Below, in pieces: positions 35,645 to 47,500 of a stretch of DNA of 64,000 bases (positions within the stretch are counted from its first letter, which is position 1; each line of letters starts with the position of its first letter). Origin of the DNA: Fistulifera solaris. Taxonomy: Eukaryota. Both the position numbers and the translations under genes were made by a program. The notes beneath the pieces are model-generated. The model did not search any database and was not told the DNA's origin. It worked only from the letters and a program-made list of their open reading frames with translations. The DNA is taken from positions 806,001 through 870,000 of the forward strand of contig AP026130.1 of assembly GCA_030295235.1 (NCBI GenBank). Reading direction: 5' to 3'.

Positions 35645-36793
35645 TTATGCGAGCGATAAATCGTGGTCATAATCATCAAAACCGTCGGTGGACACCAACG
35701 TGTGCGTATGATGCGCCTTACTGCGACTCCCACAACAACACAAACAAGGATAACACAGCATCCGAAAGAAGGCGACCGACCATCGACACAATCGAGCACA
35801 CAATCCGTCGGGATTTTCCACCATTTGTTGCGCGACCAGGATCAAGAGTGTCACGCCCACGACGGCAAAGACCAATGTCGCGATGCGAACGTACGGATCT
35901 TCGACAAACTCTTCGGCCTCTTTCTCCAATGCGTGATTCTTCGAGTCGGATACTTCTTGCGGTGCAGTGGTCGGACTGGCCGTGGCGTGATGCGAAAATG
36001 TATCATCCTTGCCCCACATGTCATACTCGTCGGGTTTCGAGCTGTCTCTACCACCGAAAGTAGGTCGTTCGGTGCGGGGATGTTTTTTCTTTATGGGTGA
36101 TTGCGTGGGACTTTGCGATGGAGACGGAGTTCGGTGTTTTCTTTGTATGGGTGATTGCGTGGGACTGTGTGACGGAGGCGGTGTTTCCAGAACTTGAGTC
36201 ATTGTTGGCGCCGGAGAAGGACGCGGTGTTTCGGCAATCCATGCTTTTGTGGGTCTCAATGTAGGAGCAGCCGTTTCTATCACAATGGATTGTATGGGCG
36301 CCGGTGAGGGAGGAGACGTTTCCAGTACATTTTGTTGTGTCGGGGCTTGGGTCGGTGGAGATGTTTCAGCTACTACAAGTGACTCCGTGGGCGGCGGCGT
36401 GGACTCGAACGTTTCATCAATCCATGACTTCGTGGGTGCCGGTGTGGGAGGCACCGGTGCTTCCACGGGTTCGGGAGTTGGGGGATACTCTTCTATGATC
36501 AAATCATCACCGAAAAAAGAATCATCTTCTTCAACTAAATTGTCGTCTGCGGCGTTGAATTCGTCCTCTTCCAGCCATTTTTCCGGATCATCCTCTTTAT
36601 AAATGGTTTCCGGATCTTCGTCTTCTTCATTCGCGTAAGATAGTTCTTCACTTTCCGGGTCTAACGGTGTATCTAAAACGGGCTGCAATTGCCGTCGATT
36701 GTGACTGATCCGCCTCCGATCGGAATATGCAGAAATGACATTACTCGAAACCAAAGCGATCAGAAATGTTATTAACGCTTGCAATCGCTTCAT
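35645..36793 (-). CDS. Membrane protein, NPDG-LCRW family paralog 2 (acidic and P/T/S-rich ectodomain)
   Basis: Signal peptide, RRQL, D/E tract, ET.PP.P.PT repeats, TM, QMVENPDGLCARLCRW, CYPCLCCC. Confidence 0.75.
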   Translation of the reverse strand: MKRLQALITFLIALVSSNVISAYSDRRRISHNRRQLQPVLDTPLDPESEELSYANEEDEDPETIYKEDDPEKWLEEDEFNAADDNLVEEDDSFFGDDLIIEEYPPTPEPVEAPVPPTPAPTKSWIDETFESTPPPTESLVVAETSPPTQAPTQQNVLETSPPSPAPIQSIVIETAAPTLRPTKAWIAETPRPSPAPTMTQVLETPPPSHSPTQSPIQRKHRTPSPSQSPTQSPIKKKHPRTERPTFGGRDSSKPDEYDMWGKDDTFSHHATASPTTAPQEVSDSKNHALEKEAEEFVEDPYVRIATLVFAVVGVTLLILVAQQMVENPDGLCARLCRWSVAFFRMLCYPCLCCCGSRSKAHHTHTLVSTDGFDDYDHDLSLA

Positions 36794-37087
36794 TGTTATA
36801 TTACTTTGGAGATAGTTAATGGGAAGGAGCACAAGAAAATGATTATATTTGTTGGGTCGACATTTGCATCTGTGATGACTTTGGCCATGGTCGTTTTGGC
36901 AACCGTGTTTTTTTTTTCGTCCGTGGTTTTGGCCGGACGGGAAAAAACTCGAACGACGCGTGCCAGCCTTGTACTGCTAAAGACACAGTATCACAATCAA
37001 TGACTGTGATCATGGAGGTGACGTCATAAATGACAATTAGAACGAATGAGTGCATAGCTCGCATGAGTAAACGTAGCTAGAGTTTTC

Positions 37088-37578
37088 TGGAGACGGTGTT
37101 TGGGATAATAACGAAAGAAAATGCGCGCTCCAGAAATTTTGTAAACTGTATTTTGGATGATAACGAAAGAAAGTGCACGTTCCAGATATTCTGGATAGGT
37201 TACTTCTGTCACACAGAAATTCTGTGGTGGTCCAGAAATTCTGGACCACTTTTTCCGATCTCACCGAAATGCTGTGCGCGTTCCAAATAATCTAGAGACG
37301 GTGTTTGGGATAATATTGAAAGAAAGTGCACGTTCCAGATATTCTGGAAAAGTGACTTCTGTCATACAGAAATTCTGTTGTGGTCCAGATATTCTGGACC
37401 AGTTTTTCCGTCTTACCGAAATGCTGTGCTCGTTCCAAAAATTCTGGAAACGAGAAAGGACGTTAAAATTTACGCCAAAAACAAGTTCCTGGCATCGGTC
37501 GAATGGCAGAATTTTAACGTCGTTTCCCGTGTTTGGGATAATAGCTACAGAAAGGGCGTGATCCAGAAATTCTGGAAA
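37088..37578. repeat. ~51-bp palindromic minisatellite array B with 153-bp higher-order unit
   Basis: cca(g/a)a(a/t)a(t)t core at 37130, 37182, 37232, 37283, 37335, 37385, 37435; near-identical blocks 153 bp apart; isolated copy at ~37563. Confidence 0.9.
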
Positions 37579-37785
37579 GGTTTAGTTTATAGTGATGAGA
37601 CATGTATTTCGGAGTATTAGAAAAAATAAGGAATACGCCTTCTCCAAATTTTATTTATTTATTTTTTGCTTGTTTATATCATAAAAAAGCCTCATTTATG
37701 TCAACCGAGTAAATGCTTAGCAACATACTGACTAAAAGGACGCGATCCTAAAGATTCTTGTCATCAGAGCTTTGATTTATCATCT

Positions 37786-38729
37786 TTAGTTCCCAGTAGT
37801 CATCAATTTGAATTGCTTCAATACGACATTGCTATCTTTCAAGAACATCTTGACTTTAGGGTTCGCTTCCTCGATCATATGGGCTTGCTCCAAAAGACAA
37901 AATTGCTCGAAATACTTGTGCAGCCGACCATTCACAATCTTCTCCAAAATCTCGGGCGGCTTGTCCGAGTCACCCATTTGATTGCGCAAGATGTCTTTTT
38001 CTTTGGTAAGCTCGTCCTGGGGAATATCATCACTACTCAAATAGGTGGGACGCGCTGCCACCACATGCATCGCCAAACGCTTGCCAATTTCTTGTAGCTT
38101 TTCCCGCGATACGCTTCCGGGCTGACGGGGTGCGACTTCAACCACCGCCGCCGCGAAACCCGCATCTTTCCCATCGACGCGGTTGTGAACATAGCCAACA
38201 AATATTCCTTCCGCTTCGGTTGCTTCGAATTTGAAGGCCTGTTTGACAGAAATATTTTCTCGAATGGCCACGACCGCTTCGTCCAGCAATCGCTGGACAC
38301 TGTCGGCTTGGAACGATTCTTCATGACCCAGTGTTCCCGAGGCCACTTTGGTCACGAGTTCGACAAACCGAGCGGAAAGGGCCGCAAAATCGGTTTCACA
38401 CGCCACTTGCACCAACGATGCGGATTTTCCATCGGAAGCTACTTGCAGTCCAATCAATCCTTGTGTCGTCTCTCTGCCTTGTACTTTCGAAGTGGCTTTG
38501 GCGGCGCCATGCTCGCGCAACCAATCCAGGGCCGACTGCACGGCGCCGTCGGTACTTTGCAAGGCCTTTTGCATTCCACAATCGGAGCACCCGTTAAAGA
38601 CCGTAACTCTTTCAGTGCTTCCATCGAGAAACCAGCCGAAAAGTTACAGCGCTGTTGAAATCGATGCAGCGATTTCGTTCGCGATGCGCAGCGCAAGAGG
38701 ATGGACGAAAATCGTTGTGTGGTGGACAT
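37786..38729 (-). CDS. tsf: Translation elongation factor Ts, mitochondrial-type
   Basis: LKELRSLTGAPIVECK(K)AL, CETDFAA, IRENI, LAMHVVAARP, KPPEILEKIVNGRL; presequence; frameshift ~38568. Confidence 0.9.
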
Positions 38730-38925
38730 TATGTTCTTTGTGTGAAGTTCGACAAAAAGGCAGCAAATATCGAGTTATGCTTGTTGTGGCTTGGTGTTTC
38801 GTAATTGGCTGTTATTGCCTTGTAATAAAAAAGCGAATGAGAGGACGATGCGTGATGACGACGAATGGATTTTTGCGGCTCTCGCTCTCGCGCCTTTGCC
38901 TCTAGGTCGTGACTAAACTTCAGTC

Positions 38926-41032
38926 ATGGAAAAGGAATCTACACTATTGAGTTATAGTCTAGAGAAAACGGATACCAACGGCGAAATGTTTGATAGTAAA
39001 TTTCCGTTGATGAATGACACTATGGTAGAAGCTTCTCCAGTCGATCGCTTAGAGGGGGGAACTTTCTTCAAACGACAAAAACGACCATCATTGCCTTCAC
39101 AACAAACTTCAAGTAATACATTCACAACAAGATTTCACAAGCCAGCGTCGATTCATCGAGTTGCACGCTAAGCAAACGTCTGTCGCAACCGAAATGGGGG
39201 AAGCGTGGAAGAATGCCGTCCATTCGGACCCTTCGGTCAAGGAGCTTCCCAACGATGTAATGCAAATACCTGACGAAGAATTGGCGTTTTATTATCATTC
39301 GGATACCGATCACGGCGACGACAACATTTGGGGATTGCTCAGTGGCGTGGGTGGCAACATTTACGAATGGTGAGTTTTCTTTCGAGTGCCCTTCATGCTC
39401 AACGGCGAGTGATGTTTGAAACAAATGCTTGATAGTAATTCCATAGCATGCCATGTGTGTGCCATGCCGAAAAGTTGGAAAATGTTTGTGACGCTTTCGT
39501 TTGTTCGATCCGCCTATTTGATTTGACATTGATGAAAGTCTTACATGCTAGTCTTTTGTGGCAGGTACGATTTTGCAGTATTTGGTCTGTTAGCACCCGA
39601 AATCGGGTCAGCCTTCTTCCCAGAATCGTCCAAGAAGTTGCAATTAATCAGCTCATTCGGTGTTTATCTTGCTGCTTTCTTAATGAGACCCGCTGGAGCT
39701 ATCTTGTTCGGTGAAATGGGAGACCGCATTGTCGGTCGAAGGCACGCTCTCATCTTTTCGATTCTATTGATCACCATTCCTTCCATATTAATGGGTTGTT
39801 TGCCCACTTACGAGACGTGGGGTGCTTTTGCGGCTTTTCTGCTCATCATATTGCGTATGCTCCAAGGCTTGAGTGTTGGTGGACAGCTAGCGGGGAGCTA
39901 TGTTTTGAGTATTGAGCAGAGCTCCGCGAACACGAGAGGGTTTCGCGGAAGTATTTGCGACGCTAGTTCGGTAAGTTTGACAGTTGACGACCCATCACTT
40001 GCTACAATTGTCACCTCACATTTTGTGTCAGGTGGGAGGGTTTCTTTGGCTTCGGCGGTCACCACTGTAACGCGATCCGTATTGACAGAGGATCAAGTGA
40101 ATCGATGGGGTTGGCGAGTGCCGTTCTTGTTTTCTCTTTTACTTGCCCCTCTACTATACGCGACTGTCAGTAGAGCCGAAGAATCGAAACTGTGGTCCGA
40201 ACGAATTGAACAGAAAAGTACAGAGACGAAAGTCCCGGAAAAGGAACAGACAGCTGCTCCTGCTGTAGTAGACTTATTCAGCTCGCCTTTTCGTCGGAGA
40301 CAGCTGGCAGGAATGATTGGCGTCCTGAGCGCTGTCACCAGCTCATTTTACACTATCTTTCTTTGGACTCCTGTCTATTTGTCCGAACTCAGGGGCATTA
40401 TGAACGAGCAATCGGCTGACTTAATCAACTTCTTCGTGGTGTCCCTATACATATGCTTCCTTCTCGCTGCTGGAAAGCTTTCCGACAAATTTCCCCATCG
40501 CATGGATCTTATTCGAATTGGTCTTCCAGCTTTAATCGTCACTGCGCCTACTATGTTCGGTGTATTCGAAAGCGAAAGCTGGGTCGGATATGTTTTGGCG
40601 CAGCTTCAATTCTGTTTCTGCTTGTCACTGATACAAGGCTCCATGGCTGCTTGGGAGGTCGAGCTGTGGATGTCGGACCCGACTCTATCTTTTACCGGTG
40701 TTGCGATTGGACATAACATTGCCGCGACACTATTTGGTGGAACCATGCCTCTTGTAGCAACGTTTCTTTATTACGTCGGCGAGGATGTTCTAGATGCAAG
40801 TTCCGACGATGTGGTATGGCCCAGGATCCTTCCTGGTCTTTATATATCCGTTTTGGGCTGCATTTCCTTCTACTGCATCAGTTATGTTGTACGTCATCCT
40901 CATGATTTGCGAGGTGATTCGAAACTTCAAGAAGCTGTCAAGAGAAAAATGGACGAAGCGCAAAAACAAAAGAACGACCCGCAAGAGCGATCCTGCTCGA
41001 ATAAAAACAATTATCTTCCTCCTATCATTTGA
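38926..41032 (+). CDS. MFS transporter, MHS (ProP-like) family
   Basis: GNIYEW|YDFAVFG across intron 39370-39564; FLMRPAG, GDRIVGRR, LRMLQGLSVGG, WGWRVPF; second intron 39971-40031; frameshifts in exon 1 and ~40046. Confidence 0.88.
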
Positions 41033-41225
41033 GCATGTTTCGCTCACGCCAATGCATCCATGACGACATGGAGAGCTTTTGCAAGTTGAGTATTGCCATG
41101 CACCGAAACTCTTCCTCGCAAGCGCGAATCGACGACCTCAATTCATAATTCAAATATCATATAGAAATGGCAGCTAACCCCTTGAAATGGTCCCCTAACT
41201 AATTAGTGAGATTTTCAAATACCAA

Positions 41226-42986
41226 CTACGCATTATTTTCGGTAGGTGGAGGGTCTGCAGAAGCAAATGGACCCTGAGTTGGCCAGCCATTACCTTCAGA
41301 ATACATATTCTCGAGCTCATTTGCGGGGTCAAAAAGCTGAGCGAAGTCCAAGTCCATATCATCTGCATTTGCACCCGAGTCCATCATACTCCAGTTAATG
41401 CTGTCCAATTCAATAGTCGTCGGAGTCTGTGGAGCGTCCGCAGAAACGAGAGGAGGTGGTGGATGCAATCCTTGCGACAAACGACCGGCCACCGTCGCAC
41501 TTTCTGCCACCATACCCGCCGCAGCTAAAGAGCTCGCCTGACGATCTCTTTCGGAGAGGTCCTCCGGTGGACGATAAAGACCAGGCATCGCCGACAAAGC
41601 CGAAGTGGATCTCGACTGAGGCGCAGAACTTCCCATCAGCATCGACAAACCCGTCGGCGGTGCAATATTAGAACTTCGTTGGCTAGTAGACATTGATCGA
41701 AAATCCGTGTGCAAATCAGCAGGTGGCTCACTTATGGACGCAGGTCTGTCGAAATCGGTTAGAAGTGAAAATAATCGAAGACAATAAATAACAAACTCGG
41801 CACTGACCTTCCAAGTAGCGATGGCATTCTCGTCGGTGCACTTTGAGATAACACTGGGCCATCCAAGGAAAAACTACCGGGACTAGACTCAGGATTCAAA
41901 AGAGGGGATGAGATGGAACCACTTCGCCCCCGCATTTGAGGCGAGGCACCCTTTGCTTTGTTCGCTTCATTTGTAAACATCGATCAGGATGATCGCGATG
42001 AAACAGTTCGTGTCGGTAAGCTCCGGCGTCTTGTCCCTTTGTTATCCTTCGAAATCCATACCTGCAAAATAAGACATGATGTGAGGCCAATAATTTGAAC
42101 CACCAAACAACACATGTCGAAAACAAGTAACTGTTAAATCTTACAGATTGAGCTGCCTCTGAAATGATGTCAGTTTGGTATGTCGAAAGTATCGCTGCAG
42201 AATATCATTCACAAAACGCTCCGGATCGCGAACAACAAAGCCATCACCGCTGGGCAAAAATGCTACCACGCTTTGATCTTCTTTGTTGAGCATGTCCATG
42301 AGCTTACGCGGAAAAGGATTAGAGCCAGAACTACCCAGAGCTGGAGACGAGGTCGCTGAGTGGGTCGGAGAATCTTGGTATGTGCTGGCAGAAGAGGATG
42401 CTCGACGGAGTCTTCGAGTCACCGGAGAATTTTCCACTAAAGAGCCCTCGCTGTTTCTACTTCTCAAAAGAGTCGCATTCGGCAAGACTCCGGTGATCGG
42501 GTTGACAGCAATTACACCAGCAGCACCGCTACCTGCTGGAAGCATAACAGCCCCCTGTGTTGGAACGGAAGTCGCCGCTGGCTGCATTGGTTGCTCAGAC
42601 GGTTTCCCTTCGTCATTATGATTGTTGGCCATTTCAAAATTTTTCCTCAGTGAAGATTGCTGTCTTGCCTTTTCCTGAGCGGCACGAAAGCCCGCCAAGT
42701 ACATAGCTCGTAGTTGCGCCTCTCTATCCGCATCACCCGCTGGAACGGTCCCAGATGTCACTCTCGATTCCGACTGAATGGAAGCGAGTGCGGCATCCAT
42801 GGAATCGCGTAGAGCCGAGAAATCCATCGTGTCATTCGGCGATGACGCTAAATTGTCGTTGTCATCCACAGACTGATCCGAGCTTGACCTTGCTGTTGGG
42901 TCTGGTACAGAAAATTGCCCGGTCACAGGTGTGGTTGCATCATTGTTGCCATTGCTGTAAGTAGTGCTCGTTTGTTGATGATTCAT
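41226..42986 (-). CDS. Heat shock factor-type transcription factor
   Basis: FPRKLMDML...[22 protein letters not shown]...YRHELFHRD; introns 42062-42144 and 41746-41807; frameshift ~41953. Confidence 0.92.
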
Positions 42987-43856
42987 TTTGCCTTTTCAGC
43001 GCACTTGGATGCGACAAAAGAGACCGTAGCTTTGATTGCAGAAAAATCAATTTCGTAGATTGATGATTAGCGTTTATTGTGCTTGAGAATAGAATCACCG
43101 AATTCGAAGAAGCAAGCGAGGAGCAGTCTTTGTTTATTGCGCCGTAACGCCGGAAAAATCCACCCGATGAAAGCTTCTTTTGCTATACGTCTTCTTGACA
43201 CCACAAATCGACGTCTTTGAAGAGCAACCTCGTCTTTGTTGATACGAATTCACTTGACAGGACTGATGGACTTGACGCTGAAAGATGTCATCGTTGTTAA
43301 CGCACAACAAAACAAAAAACCCGCATCGCTCCGTAGCCGCCGTACAAATTGCTACGGCGTAATTGGTTCAACCAAGCGGACGACAAACGACAAAGGGTGA
43401 AAGGTGCGTTTAGTTTTTTCGCTACAATTTGGGCCTTAGTGGAAGCGCCGCCACACGCCGGCCTATTGACTGTAATCAAATATGTACTTATTTTCCGTTG
43501 GTACACTGAAAATGGCGGGAATCGGAAAGACTGGCGTGACTTTTGTCCGTTGTGCGGTCATTTTTACGAAAATGTCATCATAATCGTACACTAGTCTACG
43601 GCGAATAGTATTTTGTCTTTTGTCCATTCCGTCCGCATGAAAAACTAAAAGCTGACGACATGTTAGTGAATGAATCATCATCCTCAATCACCGTCACGAG
43701 TACTTTACTCGATACCACTCTACTAAACAGAGCCCATCCGTCGGCCGCCCATCGGCGTTTTCACCGTTTGTTTCTCTCATTCGAAGAACCCACGCAACTG
43801 CTTGGTGTGAGAGTCAATTCATTTGCTCATTAAAGTTCATTGAAACGTACATCATC

Positions 43857-44378
43857 ATGTCTGAGGAAGAAGTCGCCGCCGCCGCCCCCCGAGGTTGTCG
43901 AAGAAGTCGAATTGAGCGTCTTGGATGCTCTCAAGCAGGTAAGAAAAATATGATACAGTGACTCCCGTCAGGGGGGATGACCTGCTATCGTTTACTCATA
44001 TACATCATCATTTTCCTTCAATAGGTCCTTCAAAAGTCCATGATCCATGGTGGATTGAAGAAGGGTCTTCACGAGTGCGCCAAAGCCCTCGACCGTCGTG
44101 CCGCCCGTCTCTGCTGCTTGGCCAAGGACTGCGAAAACGACGAGTACAAGAAGTTGATCAAGGCTTTGTGTGCCGAGGGCGAAGTCCACGTTATTATGGT
44201 GGAAAGTGGCAAAGATTTGGGTGCTTATTGCGGTCTTGCCAAGCTCAACGAAGATGGCACTATCAAGAAGGCTGTGCGAACGTCGTGCGCCGTTGTCACC
44301 GATTTCGGTGAGGAGACACGCGCCTTGAGTGTTCTTTTGGACTTCTTGCAAAAGCACGCCGACGGTGCTGAGATCTAA
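43857..44378 (+). CDS. RPS12: 40S ribosomal protein S12 (eS12)
   Basis: ALKQ|VLQKSMIHGGLKKGLHECAKALD; intron 43939-44024; extra C in run ~43885-43890. Confidence 0.95.
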
Positions 44379-44521
44379 AAAATGTAATGATAGATGCACT
44401 ACGTTTATCTTTTCATAGCAAGTTTTTACTTCAATTGTTTGGTTCAAATATCTCAAAATCCAGTCCAAGGTTAATAGTCTATAAGTTCAAATCTAGTAAC
44501 CAAGGATTGATTGGTAATACG

Positions 44522-47500
44522 TTAGATTCCAACTTCACTAGTCCCGTTAAACGGGTAAGCTGCAGCAGAATGTCGCGGGGGATCCGACGCTTGGAAAGGA
44601 CCTGGCTGTGAAATCGAAATCGGCAATTCGTACCCGTTTCTTCGGAGCGACAAGTGAACATACGAAGACAAGCTTCCTGGCCGAGTTGGAATACCTACAA
44701 GCTCTAATTCCGCGTTTTCGGGGAGTAGCCCCTCCGTTCTACCACTGATGATCCAGTCGCTGGCATCACTGGCAACTTTATAACGTACGTCCTGTCCATT
44801 CAATCCAGCAACATCAACAATGCACTTGATTTGCACAGGTCGGCCAACTATACCTTGTGTAACCGAGGGCATTAAGTTGACTGAAACTGGGGGCATCTCA
44901 GCTAAGGGTAATGGCATCTTTGGACAAGCTTGGCGAAGTGTATGGGATTCTTCAAACGCTACTCCCTCCTCATTATCGAAGACCAGTACAACCGTAGCTT
45001 TCACAGTATTCGGCACATCACCAGTCACGCGACATTCAAAGTTCAGCATGATCGTTTCACCGCAGTACACATCTGTACTGGCCAAAGTTTCGTTCAAATC
45101 CGCAGTGAGTTTGAGATAAGCAGGTAACTCGATTTTCCATTCTCTGACCAAAAACGATTTCGGGGCATGACATTCAAAAGCAGCATGAAGCACGAGCCGA
45201 TCCGATCTGTACGGGATAACAGTAATATCTTTTATGACAAAGCCAGTCTGACCGAGCGCTGGAACCGATAATTCCAGTTGCGCCTCAAATTCTTCACCTT
45301 GATCACGGCAAAATTGTGTGTTTGTTTGTACCTTCAACACTCCGCCACCCCCGTTATCCGCGCATTGCACCTTGATTGGAATGGAAACAATGCTATCCGC
45401 TGATGTAGAATTTAGATCGATCTCCAGAGCAGATAGCAACGTATCATCGTCTTGTTTCCCAACGAAAATCCCCGGGGATCCCACAAGCTGAGCTTTGCCT
45501 TGTATGATGGTGTCCTTTCCGCTGCTAAACTTCAGTAACAAATTCTGTGTGTGCCCAGGAATCAGGTAATTTGGTGCAACCGTTAGCATTTGAGAATGCT
45601 CGCAGGGAATGACATCGACGCGAATGGTGGGCTGTTTTCTTTTCTTCGGACTATACACAAACTTGACGTTGTTCCAACTCATTGAGATGGCTGATAAAAT
45701 GAACTGCCCTGACTGATTCGGAACCCATTTGTACTGATACTCGTTCCTCCCAGGCTTAACAGTGACGTCGCTTAGCTGCAGCTCGCTGAACACTTCCGTT
45801 TCTTTCACTTCGATGTTGTCTTCCATAGCTGCAACGTAAGATCGAAAAGGAACAAGCGAAATCGAAAGTGACCCAACTTTCACATCCTCTGGCAATTGAC
45901 TCGTCACAATGATTTTAACAGTAACCGTATCGCCGATTGTGTAAACTCGTTTAAAGAGCTTGCGCTCCGTACCATTTGCAGCACTCAATTCAAATTCATC
46001 CAGCGATACGATCGTCTGGAAGAGTGGTGCGCCCGACAATGTTGTTGTAGTGTCACATCCTGATATAACCGCAAGCAAATCTCTGAACACAACATCTCTG
46101 GCTTTAGGAGGTGCATGCGGGGCACCGAAACAGCAGACAAGGGTTTCGAGATATTTCGTGCCTGGTTCAAACTGACGTTGTAATTGGCAAAGGCGAAATA
46201 GTAAGAAGAAATAACAACTCTTCCAATCCTCGCATTCTTGGGCCACCTTAAACAATTCTTGTGCAGCAGTTCTTAAGCGATTCTGCTTAATGGCGATGTC
46301 GATTGCTTCTATGCGTAAGCAAGATGCAAGACGCTTCTTTCCCGAAGCTTCTTGATTTGCAGCCAGTAATTTAGTTAGACTCATGTACATCCACTCAAAC
46401 CCTTCTTTAGTCGAAAGGGCATCCGCGACAACATTTGCATTGTTGCGTAAGCTCGCTTCTTCAGGATCTTCGCGAGAACTGTTGGTGGGTTCGCTCCACG
46501 GTGCCCATTCAGCATCTGCCTTCAAATCGCTCGGAAAATCTTGTCCGCCAAGATTAGGTGTCACAGGAATCTCCATCAATTTGCCCATTTTTAACAATCT
46601 CAATCGAGTAAAACCCATCAGTTCACAAAGCGTTGCTGAGAATGCTTTGTCCTCAAAATTTGGCTTTTCCGTGTACGAGTATGTCGCCTCCTTTACGACC
46701 CAACCAAATTCCAGACCCCATTTGTTGACTTCAATCAATTGCTTAGTGTCATTTCCCGCCCGACCTTCTTGTACTTGCCACATCTTACGGGCAAAACCTA
46801 AACAGCGCTGCAGAACTGCATTCGCGTCTTTCACCGCGAACAAGTGGGTTGTTTCTCGCATGAGCAAGTAATACTCCAGTTCGTACGCGACCTCAGCAAT
46901 GCTAGCCGCTGCACAAATATGTTGTCGAAAAGCAAAAGGATCACCCCGTAGTGCGATTGGCAGAGACATATAGTTTGTCGTTAATCCTCGTTTCGCACTC
47001 TGTTTGTCCCAATCCGGGAGCATGGCACGCAACTCTTCATATTGTACCAATGCATCCGCATACAATTGACACTGCTCATACGAAAAAGCCATACTCTCTT
47101 TCACCAAAAAATACTGACGATGATCGGCCGATACTTTCTTCAATACCTCTTCATAATTGCGACACTTGTCGTGTAAATTATCGACAATGGTAGCCCCCAG
47201 TGCCGAAAGAAAACTTTCCCATTCCAGGAGCGGCGGTGTCTCCTCTCGCGCCAACGCCGCCAGCGCACACACTCGGGCACTGGGAAAATCGGCGTGCATC
47301 TTGCGCAACAAATCTCGTTCGAGTTTGGTTTTTTGACGAATGGGTGAATCGGTTGCCACAATGACGTCGAGTTCATCGTCCGAACTGTTGTTGCCACCAC
47401 CACCCAATTCTTCGGCACTGCCGGCCGTTCCGCTGATGCGGTGGCGTGCGGCCGCGACGCGACTGGCAAAGGCGGCGACGCGGGATTTGGCGCCGGACGA

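Noticed and set aside
38909..38929. gtgactaaacttcagtcatgg resembling the hairpin of the 210-bp family
   Set aside because: Only a 5-bp stem and no flanking similarity; too weak to call
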